Made by a program: the position numbers and the translations under genes
Notes under the pieces: generated by a model
The model's input: the letters and a program-made list of their open reading frames with translations, nothing else
Told to the model about the DNA's origin: nothing
Databases searched by the model: none
NCBI RefSeq assembly: GCF_018350175.1
Contig: NC_058368.1
Coordinates: 192,822,001 to 192,886,000, forward strand
Reading direction: 5' to 3'
DNA from: Felis catus
Lineage: Eukaryota
Length of the DNA: 64,000 bases
In this document: positions 48,403-60,143 of the stretch, piece after piece
How the letters are laid out: each line of letters starts with the position of its first letter
How positions within the stretch are numbered: position 1 is the stretch's first letter

Positions 48403-48617
48403 GGGGCACCTGGGTGGCTCAGTCGGTTAAACGTTTGACTTCAGCTCAGGTCATGAGCTCACGGTTTGTGAGTTCGAGCCCCGTGTCGGGCTCTGTGCTG
48501 ACAGCTCAGAGCCTGAAGCCTGCTTCAGATTCTGGGTCTCCCTCTCTCTCTCTGACCCTCCCCTGCTCACGCTCTGTCTCTCAAAAATAAATAAGTGTTA
48601 AAAATCGTTTTCTTCTT
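48403..48617 (+). mobile_element. Can-SINE (SINEC)
   Basis: Complete copy. TSD aaggctgg(a/g)agt at 48391-48402 and 48618-48629. Confidence 0.96.
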
Positions 48618-49049
48618 AAGGCTGGGAGTGAGGTGGGGAGGGGGCAAGGAGAGAGGCAGCAGCAGGGAGACTGTGCTTCCTCTACTGTGCTCTCAGGGCC
48701 CAATGCCCACTCCACCGACTGCTTGCATCCCACTGCCCTGGAATTATCTGCCTAGTGGTCCAGCTGGCCTCAAGGGCAGAGACCATGTCCTTTCCTCCTG
48801 GAATGTCAAGTGCTTAGCAGAGAGCCAGCCTGGGCACGTTCAGCATTCAGTCAAAATCCGATGGATGAATGACACATTGAATGAAGCAGAACTACAGACC
48901 CAAACACCAGCTAAACAACTAGCTGAGCCTTCCGAGTCACGTCCCATGCTTGGAGTGCTCTGGCCTCACGAGTCCTGTCCTGGGAGCTCCTCTGTGTCAT
49001 CTGCCCTCGCATGCAGACATCTGACAGCAATTGACAAAATGACCTCCTG

Positions 49050-49510
49050 GATCTCTTCCAACTCTTGGTCCCATCAGAAAGCAAATCTGGTCACAAGACT
49101 TCTCTGCCCAACGCCCTTCATGTCTCTGGCAACCACAGAGTCTAGTCCATGGACCTGGCCCCACCTATACGCTAGCCTCTGCCAGGCCCACTCCTGGCTT
49201 TACTTACTAGGGGCCAGCAACACTGAACTTGGAAGGCCCTCAACACACCATGCTGTCTTCCCCTTTCTGGGACTGTGCTTCCCCTCCACAGAAAATCCCT
49301 ATGCTCCCCATTCTACACCCAGCCCTTTGCCTGCCTGGCTAAATTACCCCACTCACCTTCAAAGACTTAGGTGACGATTCCCTCCTTGAGTAAGCCTTCC
49401 TGCTCCACCCACCCTGCCCATCTGGGTTAATTTGCTCTCCTATGTGTTCACATGGAACTTTTACCTGCAGTTACCAGAAACAGATCTCACTGTATTCTAA
49501 ATGACCCGTT
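49050..49510 (+). mobile_element. L2 fragments
   Basis: tgcctggctaaattacccc, aagccttcctg, ctgggttaatttgctctcctatgtgttc. Confidence 0.55.
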
Positions 49511-49519
49511 GGGTGTATG

Positions 49520-49755
49520 GAGTCAAGGTTAGTGGTGAAGGCTCAGGACCCTGCAGGCCAATCACAGTTCCATCAGTGACCAACTATGTGACCTTGGGTG
49601 TGACATTTCCTCTCCATGGTGCTTAGTGTCCTCCTCTATAAAATGGAGATATCAGTGTGCACACCATTGGGTTGCTGTGAAAACTAAGAAAACCTTTTAT
49701 GTAAGGTACTTAAAACTGTGTTGGGCAAAGGTAGCCTGCATGGGAGTTACTATTA
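49520..49755 (+). mobile_element. MIR
   Basis: ctatgtgaccttggg, ctataaaatggagat, gggttgctgtga. Confidence 0.75.
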
Positions 49756-49889
49756 TCAGTATCTGATGCTCAGAGGCTGCAAGTTATGCCTCTTGGTGGC
49801 CTCACTACCTGGCACGGTGTCCAGACCACAGCAGAGTATAGTGGACAAATGAATGGACTCCACCCACATAGCCTCCAAAGTAGCCCACA

Positions 49890-50370
49890 GCCTCCATTAC
49901 TTCCTGCACTGCCATATCCACTTCTCTGAGCCACCCCTCTGTTCAGATCATCTTTTGTGCAAAAACTGCCCATGGCTTCCCAATTTCTGGAAGTCCAGCC
50001 TCCCCAGCCTCCCAGCAGAGCCCTTGTGATCTGGCCCTTACCTCCCTGCAGTTATTTGATATCTGAAGGTTCAGTGACTTAGGCATACTCCCTGTTCCTA
50101 AAATAGGTTCCCCGCTTTCTGTGAGCTGAGAGGTCCCAATCCTTCCCTGGGGCCACCTTAAAAGTCACCACCTTTCAGAAGTCCTTCCTGACCTAAATCA
50201 GTGTGACCTCCTCTTCCCAGCACCTCACAACACCAGGCTGACCCCTCCCACGGTACTAAGTACACTCTGCCTTGTGTTCTACATCACTGTGTACTTGTCT
50301 ATATCCTCTATAGACTACAAGCCCTCTGAAGGCAGGGCTATTCTCTGTACTTAACACATAGTAAGCCTCC
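49890..50370 (+). mobile_element. L2 fragments
   Basis: gtgatctggccct, gaagtccttcctgac, tagactacaagccctctgaaggcaggg. Confidence 0.65.
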
Positions 50371-50765
50371 AAATCAAATGAGTTGGGACCCAGAACAAAA
50401 ACAGGTGGTTGAAATCACTGTAGTCAAAACTCAGAAAAAGAAAGATAATAGGGCTAAATAAAAGGCAGTATGCACCATGTTTACTCATTGGAATTCCAGG
50501 CTAATGGCTAAGTTTTTAAAAAAAGGCTGATCTGTTAATAAGGAGTGTGGCTTTAAAGAATATATACGTGCAGGGTAATATGCTAATCCTCCATAGGAAG
50601 AGAGGCTTTTTTCATGAGTTAAAAGGGAATCGAAGTAGCTAGAAGAGATTATGACAATTATCCCTGCCTTGCAGAGTGTTTTATCCACCTCTACCCAAAC
50701 ACAATGCATCAACACACTCATGAACACCCATAAAACAATCTGATGAGAAAATGGAAAATGGTCCA

Positions 50766-51206
50766 TGTATTGGTTTCCTGGGGCTGCCTTAAAAAAGCAC
50801 CACCAACTAGGTGGCTTCAAATAACAGAAATTTATTGCCTCATTGTTGTGGAGGTTACAAGTTCAAAATCAAGGTGCTGGTGGGGCCATGCTCCCTCCAA
50901 AGCCTCTGGTGGAGGATGCATCCTTGCCTCTTCCAGCTGCTGGTGGCCTGAGGTATTCCTGGGTTTATGCCAGCATCACTCCGGTCTCCTCCTCTGTCTT
51001 CCCATGGCTCTTTCCCTTGCTGTGTCTCCCCTCTTGTAAGGACCTAAGTCAATCATATGGGATTAAGGGCCCACCCTACACCGGCAATTAGTTAATCTTA
51101 ACTAATTACATCTGCAATGACCCTAGTTCCACATAAGGTCACATGTTGAGGTACAGGGGTTAGGACTTCAACATATCTTTTAGAGGACATGATTCAACCC
51201 ATAACA
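50766..51206 (-). mobile_element. MLT1B/C-like MaLR solo LTR, full length
   Basis: tgtattggtttcct...aacagaaatttatt...gggttaggacttcaacatat...aacccataaca. Near-TSD gtcca/ttcca. Confidence 0.9.
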
Positions 51207-51296
51207 TTCCATTCATCCATGCTGGGAGAAGGACCTCAGCACCCCCAAGGTCACACAGCAACTAAAGTCATTTGATCCACCAGGAAGAGACTAGAA

Positions 51297-51480
51297 CACG
51301 GGTCAGCAAACCACAGCCTGCAAATCCCGTCTGCTGCCTGTTATTTTGCAAATAAAGTTTTATTGGAACACAGCACCCTTGTTCATTTATGTATTGTCTC
51401 TGGCTGCTTTCACACTACAACGACAGAGTTGAGAAGTCGTCGCAGAGACCATATGGCCCACAAAGCCTAACATATTCTCT
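51297..51480 (+). mobile_element. MER58A-like hAT-Charlie MITE
   Basis: gggtcagcaaac, aaataaagttttattggaacacagc, cagagaccatatggcccacaaagcctaa. Confidence 0.85.
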
Positions 51481-52649
51481 GGACGAAAAGAATACATAAC
51501 ATACACTGGCCAAGTTTGGAGATGGACTTTCTAGATACAGGAGGAAGCCCAGGCCCACATGGCAGTTCTCTAGTATCCCTTCTCTCCAGCTGGAACCTCA
51601 CCCAACGAGCTGTCCTACTGGGAAAGCTCCTTCAACATTACTTTCCTCTGCCTAGAGAAATGGCAAAACATAGCACTTTAACATCCGTGCCACTAAAGCT
51701 GTACAAATTAAATTCTATAAGCATTTCCAAGAGACAGAGATTAATTCTAACTGGAAAGATCAGAAAAGACTTTCTGGAAAAGGAAAGATTTGAGAGGAGC
51801 CTGAAAAGGAGAGTGGGCACTCAAGAAATCCTCTAAGCCTCCCTGAGCCATGGCAGATTACCTAGGACTCTGCTGAGCTAAGAAAGTGAGTTCCCTCTCA
51901 CTGGAGGTGTGCAAGCCAAAGCTGGCTGACCGCCTGGCAGGGATGAGGTTGGGAGAGATGGCACAAGATGAAAGACAGTCCCTTGGAATCGTGGATTCTT
52001 CAGTCTCAGCTCTCATCGCACTTGCTGAGTGAGACACACACAGCACAGAGACAGCAGGGGCTGGAGGTGAGGAGGGAGACACAGACTTACGCAGCGACAG
52101 GAGAGGACGGAGGATAGGAGAGGGGTCGAAGAGGTGTACTCACGCCCAAAATCAGAAGGCCCACGTGAACTGCACGGAGAGGAAAGCCACACCTGTTTCC
52201 TTCCCACTTAACTTCTACAAAGAAAGAAAGAGCAAAAGCCTGACCACTAGGGTTAAAACTAATCAAATGTCCCTTCAACACCTCTGGCTTGGCACCTGGC
52301 TGCCTTCTGAATGTGCCCCATTGTTCGCTGGGGCAGGGCTCGGCTGCCTCTCCTATTGCCAAGGGAGACACAGGGAGGCACGCTCCAGACGTACAGGGTT
52401 GCCTCCTCAGGCGAACCCTGACACTCAGGAGCAGAGGAGCCCCGCCTACCCCGGCGGGAAAGATAACACGGCAGGCGGCAATGCCTGACAGCTGCCCAGA
52501 GCCAGGGGGACAGGCAAGAAGAATGGGTCTGAAAGCTGATGAGCCCTTCTTATCTGTACTCTGCTGGCATGCCAGGAACACATTATCCCCACTTTCCAGG
52601 GGAGGAAATGGAGACCCAAAGAGGTTCGATGGCTTGCCAAGGTGCCAAT

Positions 52650-52870
52650 AAAGCATGGCAGTTAAGAGCACAGGTTTGAGAATCAGAAATCTGAGTCTCA
52701 GTCTTGCCACCTACATCCTCTGCAGGCCTGGGAAGTTGCTTATGCTTCCTGAGCCTCAGTCTTCCCACCTGCGAAATGACCACAGTAAGACTGCTTACAA
52801 TGCTGAAGAAATAAGAAGGGCACAGTGCACGCATGCCCCAAGAGCTCAGTAAGTTAAGAAACGTTACTGT
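52650..52870 (+). mobile_element. MIR
   Basis: gttaagagcacagg, ctgagcctcagtctt. Confidence 0.7.
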
Positions 52871-53628
52871 TACCGTGGTGGAGCCAGGGCTCAAAGAGAG
52901 CGAACTCTCAGCCCAGAACCAGCTGTCACACCTCTGTGCCCCACACCCCATGCCCCACTGCCACACCAGCAGCCATGTGGAACCTCTAAGGGAAAGTCCC
53001 TGGAGTGGGGGGCGGTGGGGCGGGAGGTACGGCCACTCCTGCTCTGACAAAGGGTCATCCCTGCACTCACAGGCACCGGGGGCTGTGTTCGGCTGAACTG
53101 CCTCACCCAGATAGCTCAGGGCCCTCACACAGGCCCTCTCTTTTCTAGCAATGCCCCCAGATAGATGCCTCTGAGGCCCCCTCAGACAAGGGAATGCGGT
53201 ATGTGCCATTTCTGCTGGAAAGCCGTCCTGCCTCTCACCGTAGATTCCTAACACTCCCGCGGTAACAAGAAGGCACATTCTGGGTTTTCCTGACATGCCA
53301 GGAAGCCCAAGGCAGAAAACAAAATGCACTCTGTGCTCACATCACTTCTAACAAACAAACCTACGGCAGCCCCTCACACAGCTGGAGCAAACTTCATTAG
53401 ATGGGGTGGACCTCAAATTCAGAGTACCTAAAAACACAGAGAAACAAGGTAAATCGTTCTTGGGCTCAGACAGAGCCACAATATAAATCACGTGGATATA
53501 AACTTAAGGGAGTTTGTTCAAGAGCCATAGGTCTATATGTTTGTATTTCCAAGTAACCATTTCCCCTCACCCTCTGCCCAGCCTCCCCAAAAAGTACATT
53601 GGGCTTATAGTCAAAAAGGACTGGCCTT

Positions 53629-53746
53629 GGGGAGCCTAGGTTGGTTAAGCACCTGACTCTTGATTTCAGCTCAGGTCATGATCTTGCAGTTTGTGAGTTC
53701 AAGCCCCAAGCCGGGCTCTGTACTGACAGTGCAGAATCTTCTTGGG

Positions 53747-53792
<46 letters not shown>

Positions 53793-53854
53793 CCTCCCCT
53801 GCTTGCACACATGTGCTTGGTCTCTCTCTCAGAATAAATAAACATTAAAAAAAA
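53629..53854 (+). mobile_element. Older Can-SINE with expanded (CT)n
   Basis: TSD aaaaaggact(g/a)gcct at 53613-53627 and ~53855-53869. Confidence 0.95.
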
Positions 53855-53994
53855 AAAAAGGACTAGCCTCAACTTACTGGCTCTGTGACCAGTTACGTCA
53901 CTTATACTATTTGAATCTTGTCTTTCTCTTCTGCAAACTGGGGATCACAAGCCTTGTTGTGCCTCCACCATGACATAAAGAGGACAAATCAGAC

Positions 53995-54348
53995 AAAGGG
54001 CTCCCAAACTCACATGTCTCCAGAGGCCAGGCTGGCTACATGAAAGGCTGAAGAACCCAGGTTCAAGCTGAGGTCTTTCTACAGTGGGCAACTGCTACCC
54101 AGATCCAGGCAGTTTTTGTGATACTGGAACCTGGACCCCGTTGCCAACACTTTTACAGTTTTCCTCATAAAAGCCAGAAATGAGCATTTTTTTCTTTTAA
54201 TGTGAAATATCCCAATGTTCACATGCTGACAACTCTCCGACACTTAAAAAATAAAGACACTCATCCATCTATGGGCCAGCACTGGGTGAGCCACATGAAA
54301 CATATTTCTGGGCTACTTCTGGCCCCAGGCCACCAGTCTGCAATCTGC
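53995..54348. mobile_element. MER102-like hAT-Charlie MITE
   Basis: caaactcacatg..gaggccagg, aagccagaaat, tgtgaaatatccc, gccaccagtctgcaa. Confidence 0.7.
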
Positions 54349-55149
54349 ATTAAAGTATACAGGTAAGGTGTAAAAAACAAAACAAAACAAAACAAAACAC
54401 GGTGCAAAGGTCAAATGAAGTAATGTAAGAAGTTCTCTGAAGAAGACTGTCATTAAGGTTTACTGTCAATAAACTAACCAGGAATCCTACTACAGACCCT
54501 GATGCCCCCAAAACACAAACACTAACTTTTCACTCGTTAGGTACCAAATTTAGAAACTTACTCCTTCACAAATAGACATGCACACACACACACACACATT
54601 TTTTAACTGTCAGCAGCTGCCTCTGATCAATGCTCAGGAGGAAACACGCAAAAATAACAGTTTTCAGCCGAGCACATACAATGTGCTTCAGCAGCAGGAA
54701 GTAATTGTCGCACACATTCCCCCGCCAGATGTTTCCAACCTGTTCCCTTTAAGAAACCCCCTTCCTGCAGAAGCCCCGCCAGCAGCCTCTGCTTAGCAGC
54801 CGGCCTCCCTGAGAAAGCTGACATCTGTAACTCACGGAGAGATTCGTACAAACACACGACCCCAGTTAACTGGGCTCTTGGGAGGCTGCCCGAGGGACGC
54901 TCCCGAGAGGCACGTGGGACCTGCTGTAATCATGCCCTGGCACTGACGCCCGGGTATTCAGCTCGCGGAAGAGCTTTCTGGAGCCAACACAACGCATCCA
55001 AGAACCAGGCTCGCGGGGCCTCTGGCAATAACCTCCCCCTGCAGCCTCCTCATGGCCTGGGGAAGAAGGAAAGGTAGCCTCACCCAAGGTCATGGAGCAG
55101 GTAGGTGGCAAGACAGCAGAAGGAAGCCTGGGGCTGGGTGCTCCACCTG

Positions 55150-55250
55150 AGTGAGAGACCTGGGTTGGAATCCGGTTTCCATCACTTCCTAGCTGTGTGA
55201 CCCTGGATATGTCACTGTACCTCCCTGCACCTCAGCTTTCTCATCTTCAA
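55150..55250 (+). mobile_element. MIR core
   Basis: acctgggttggaatccgg..cacttcctagctgtgtgacc..cctcagctttctcatct. Confidence 0.8.
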
Positions 55251-56849
55251 TTCACTTAATCATCACGGTGACACAGTGAAGCAGTGACCATTGTGCTCAT
55301 TTTAGGATAAGGCTGAGGCTGAGGTCCAGAGTTGGACACAGAGTGAATAAGGGACAGTGGTGGGCCCGGGAATCAGAGGAGCCTGCCCCCAATCCTATGC
55401 TCTCTCCAACTCAAGGAAGAGACTCACACGGCCTCCCTAATGTCGCACCTTCCCAGGGAGGCCCTGGCTCAGTACTGCCCTCAACCCCCACCTACAGACA
55501 CCTCCTCCTTGCCCCCTTGGCAGGAAGGCAGAACACCTGTCCTGGAAAGGCAACAGATCACAGGTATCAGAGGAAAACAAAACCTCAGGGCCCAGAGAGT
55601 CCCTGTGGCCCACGGCAGAGGCATTTTCAAAGTGCACCGCCCGTCCCGGATCCCAAGCCTGCACCACTTGCGTCTGACACAGTGCCACTGATAACAGCCC
55701 TCTGTGGGCACTGGCTTGGGAAACTGCAGATAAACACGCTCCCCAGAAATACAAGTTCAAAGGCAGGTCCTAAAGCGCTCCTGTGGAGATTGGAGTGGGC
55801 CCCTGGGGAAAGTCAGGTCTGCCTCCCAGGGATGCTGACAAGTTGGAGATGTGGACAGAGAGGAGAGAGTTCCCCGAAGGATGATCCCTGGCCCACCCCA
55901 GACCGGCCCAATCATGCTCCTTGGGCGCAAGCCCTGGAGCCCCGGTGTTAACAGGCTCCCCAGGGATTCTGAAGCACCCAAGAAGAGCCGTTCCTCAAGG
56001 CTAAGCTCCTGCACTCCGCCAGCAGTTACCAGGCACCAACCAGATCACTCCTTGCTTGCTGCTTCAGTTGTCTGGCACATATTTGGGGCAAATTAGAGTG
56101 GGCAACCGAGACAGAGGTTAGTTCCTGCCTTCAGGAGACGACAGTCTGGACAGATCAAATAAAAACAATTATTGCACCACACGACACATTTATATAAGGG
56201 GCTCTGGGCTCCTGGTAGCAAGAGGACAACCCCAGGCTGCCCCTACAGGAGCGAGGGAGGCTTAGGGGCCAGGTGGCAGGGAAGAAGGGCGAGAGAGGCA
56301 AGGGAGCAGTGTGTGTGAGGCAGAGAGATGTGAAATACCCTGAAAGGTACAGGGAGTGGGCAGCAGAAAGAAGCCCCAGGCCATGCCTTTCTGGAAGTTT
56401 CTCCACCTAAGTGGACAGGTGATAAAATCAATGCTCAGGGGAACTAACACTAGTGAGCAACTCCTGGGGGCTGCAGTGACCAAAAAATACTTCCCGGAGG
56501 TGGCAAAAAATACTTCTTAGAAGGACGCAGAGGATCTGGGTTCTCGCCCAGCGTAGTAAATGGGAAGGTTCCCCCAATAATTGCTTTGGATTCCAGAGCG
56601 TCAGGGAGTGGACTACAAAGAGCAGCTGTGCAAACACACCTTCCTTCCCACCCCCAATCACCAGAGACACTGCGGCCCTGTTCCACCTCTGAACGCTGCA
56701 CCATGAGGCCAACCACCTCTCCTCAGACCTCACCTTCCAACAACCATAAAGAGGCCTCCCTCCCTATCTGAGCCACAGGGAAGCTGAGTCCCTACTATGA
56801 AGAACTGGGTCCCTGCTATAAGCCAGGCACTTCCCACAAACAGGAGCAT

Positions 56850-57035
56850 AACCACGGTTACTGAGGACTCGTTCTGTACCCAGCCTGTGCTCAGGGCCTT
56901 ACCCACTGTGACTCATTCAACCATCAATACACATAACACTGTCTCCATTTTACAGACCAAGAAATCCAGGCATGGAGGCCAAGTGACTTGCCCAGGGCTA
57001 GGGATCTGAATCAAGCGGCTCCAAAACTAGAGCCC
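56850..57035 (-). mobile_element. MIR
   Basis: ccattttacagac..aagtgacttgcccagg. Confidence 0.75.
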
Positions 57036-58479
57036 TACACGCTGCCCCATGATGTCTCAGTCTAGGAGGATGGGGGAGTCGCTTTGCCAACAGGGCTGCG
57101 GGGGCGGTTTGGTGAGGGGGCCTCTTCAAGTGACCATGTGGGCTCTACCTCAGCCGCTGAAGAGGGTTCAGTCTTAGCACAATGGTCTTTCCCCTCTGCT
57201 CAGACAGCAGGGCTCCCGTAGCAGCCTCGTAGGAGTGGGTGTCAGGGCAGGGTGGGAAACAGGTCCTCTGTCCTGCTCAGGCATTGGATCAGAGACCCAC
57301 AGGCTCAAACACCAGCCCCACAACCACAGGCTGTGTATCCTCAGGCCACTATGTGCACCTCCGTGAGCCCTGGTTCCCTCATTCATTCCTACCTGTTTAT
57401 ACCTGGGAGTATTTAACAAGACATACAGGTAAAGGGCTTCTTAGTCCAACACCTACCAGAATAAGTGCCAAAGAAATGGTAGCCACTGTGATTATTATTA
57501 TTAACCTTATCATTCTCCCTGTCATCTATACCATCATCATTCTTATTAGTGTCATTTTACACTGTGGCTTTTTATCACCTGCGCAAACAGAGGAAAATTC
57601 AGCATCTGAAGCTCAGAATTCTCTCAAAACCAAAGGGGAAGGAAAACATGGGCCTGCTTTTTTCCCGTCCTTCTCCTATCTACACTCAGCAGAGGGCAGC
57701 AAACAGGAACCATCCAAAGATAAGAGAAAGCGAAGAGAGACACATGGAGAGAAAGCTACACACTCATAAATACACACCCACCCACCACAGCAAGCGGAAT
57801 TGTTTAGCTTCCAAAGTATGAACACTCCGCCTCCTCCAGCTAAGAGGGCCAGGCAGAAAAAAAGAGTCAAAGCTGAAGAGACAGAAGTTCTTTTTCAGCT
57901 TGAGAGAAATGTTCAATGAACTGACTTTTAATGGGGGGCGGGGGGTGGGGGGGCGCAGCTCTCAGGATGTCTGTGAGGGGAAGGAAGGCGGCAGCAGGAC
58001 TCACAAGATTAAATAAAGGCAGCTTTCAAACTGCGCTTCATCTCAACCCTCTACTCCACACCAGCAAGCATTCACATGCGAGCTTCCTCAAGAGGAAACT
58101 GAGGCTCAGGGAGTTAATCATCCCAGCTAAGGGGCGGCACAGCCGGGACCACTGGGATGCCAGACATCCAGACTGTAGGTCCAGTGATCAGCACTGAGTC
58201 CTGGATGGCCAAGAGATTTGATCGCGGGGACCAAGCCTGATTCCAGCAGCGACTGCCTGGGACACTGTGCCAGTGAGATTCTGGAACGTACACCTGTAGT
58301 CCTCATCCCTACACTGCATTTCCCCTCCTCTCCACAAAAGCGCCCGGGCTTTTCTCTGGGAAAAACCTTCCTACAAGGCGGATGGCCCGAGCCTACCCCT
58401 GGCTCCTGCGTGGGTTAAGTCAATCAGCATCGCTCATCCTCTTGACAAGTGTGGATGGTTCAGAGAGCTCATCAGATCC

Positions 58480-58780
58480 GGATTAGGCTGATGATACCTA
58501 AGGAGATCTTGCTAGCACTTCGAGGAAAAAAGTTTCCTCCCTCTTCAGCAGAACCTACCAGAGGAGACAGACTCTCTCCTCCAGGATCTGGGTATGAACA
58601 TGAGGTCGGGAAGGGCTACAACCGCTTTTAGCTACCACAAGGGCTCAGTCTAGGGCAGGAACTTCTAGATGATACCATACCTGAAGCCACTGCAATTACA
58701 GGAGCTAATATATTCCCTTACTCATTTCAGCCCATGTAGCGTATTTCATTCTGTTGTTTGCAACTGATAGAGAATCTGAA
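58480..58780 (+). mobile_element. Ancient MaLR LTR (MLT1J/K/L-like)
   Basis: ccatacctgaagcc, gagctaatatattccctt, ttctgttgtttgcaactga. Confidence 0.5.
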
Positions 58781-58879
58781 ATGGCTCTCAAGCTCACGCT
58801 AGCTCCGTCTGTCACAGATAGCAGTGATGATGCCACACGCGATGCATCCGTTTAATTTCCCAATTTCCCAGCCGGATCC

Positions 58880-59110
58880 CTTGGCCACCTTAAAATTTAA
58901 TTCATTTTACTTGCTTTAACACTATAAAAATTTGAGAAGAAATGTATAAAAATGGAGCTGCAAAAAAGCCAGGTAAGTTCCAGCCAATAATTAGTCAATA
59001 AGTACTGGGCTCCAAAACTGGGAGTGATAATCTCGGCTCGTGCGGGAAATAATGGTAGAGACGAATCAATTATTAGGATGTGGAGGGAAAAAATATTCGT
59101 GGTGAAAGAG
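58880..59110. promoter_or_regulatory. Candidate conserved non-coding element
   Basis: AT-rich with retained CpGs; CCAATAATTAG 58984, GTCAATAA, ATCAATTATTA 59065. Confidence 0.4.
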
Positions 59111-59694
59111 AGCAAGAATTTGGAGAAGAACTGGGTTCTGGTCTGTACTCCCCGCTCCTGGGGCTCAGTTTCCATACCTACAAAGCAAGGTGGGCAGACT
59201 AGCCGACTTCTGAAGCCCCCCTCCTGCTCTGACACATATCGATCGCTCAACAAACATGTCCTGATCGCCTTCCAAGGGCCCAGCCTTAGGCTGTGTGCTA
59301 GAAGAGGATGTAGTTCCTCCTTCAAGATACTTCTGGAAGGGGAGGCCACGATGTACTCGTTGGCCACAGGAACTCAGGCACGCATAGGGTACCTCCTTTC
59401 CCCACCGCACTGGGCATGAGGACGGTGGTTCTCTGAGAAGCAAGACTCTTATTTCAGTCTTCCTGGGAGCTCGGATACATAGATGGGATACGGGGAGTCA
59501 GTTACACGAAAATACAGAACACACTGCAAATATCATCATGAGCGGTTACCTGCCACGGGACGTACCACAGATGGCCAGTTTGCCTCAGGGTGTTTTTCAG
59601 TGATGAGATCCTGATGCCATCTCTCTCGTGAGAGCTGACAGTGGTCACTGTACAATTAGCAAGCTAGATGGTTCCCTTTAAAACAGGCCCTCAT

Positions 59695-60143
59695 GGGGGC
59701 ACCCGGGTGGCTCAATCGGTTGAGTGCCGGACTTCAGCTCAGGTCATGATTTCATGGTTCGTGAGTTCGAGCCCCACGTCGGGCTCTGTGCTGACAGCTC
59801 AGAGCCTGGAGCCTGCTTCAGATTCTGTGTCTCCCTCTCTCTGTGCCCCTCCCCTACTCACTCTCTGTCTCTCTTTCTCTCAAAAATAAACAAACATTAA
59901 AAAAGATAAAAAATATGGGGCGCCTGGGTGGCGCAGTCGGTTAAGCGTCCGACTTCAACCAGGTCACGATCTCGCGGTCCGTGAGTTTGAGCCCCGCATC
60001 GGGCTCTGGGCTGATGGCTCAGAGCCTGGAGCCTGTTTCTGATTCTGTGTCTCCCTCTCTCTCTGCCCCTCCCCCGTTCATGCTCTGTCTCTCTCTGTCC
60101 CAAAAATAAGTAAACGTTGAAAAAAAAAAAAAAAGATAAAAAA
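59695..60143 (+). mobile_element. Can-SINE interrupted in its poly(A) tail
   Basis: Body at 59695-59915. Outer TSD taaaac(a/g)ggcc(c/t)tc at 59679-59692 and 60144-60157. Confidence 0.94.
59917..60128 (+). mobile_element. Young felid Can-SINE, nested
   Basis: ggtggcgcagtcgg, tgggctgatggctc, ctgtcccaaaaata. TSD aaaaaagataaaaaata at 59899-59915 and 60129-60145. Confidence 0.96.

Noticed and set aside
48595..49374. Longest ORF (259 aa, +)
   Set aside because: Non-ATG start inside a SINE tail, runs through L2 fragments, no recognisable domain. Consistent with a chance ORF in GC-moderate DNA.
49787..49801. CTCF-like motif TGCCTCTTGGTGGCC
   Set aside because: Mismatch at a highly conserved core position; not supportable without ChIP data.
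52583..53329. 248 aa ORF (-) and the overlapping 207 aa ORF at 52087-52710
   Set aside because: They overlap MIR copies and resemble no protein I recognise.
55343..55951. 202 aa ORF (+)
   Set aside because: Pro/Gly/Ser-rich composition expected from GC-rich non-coding DNA; no homology recognised.
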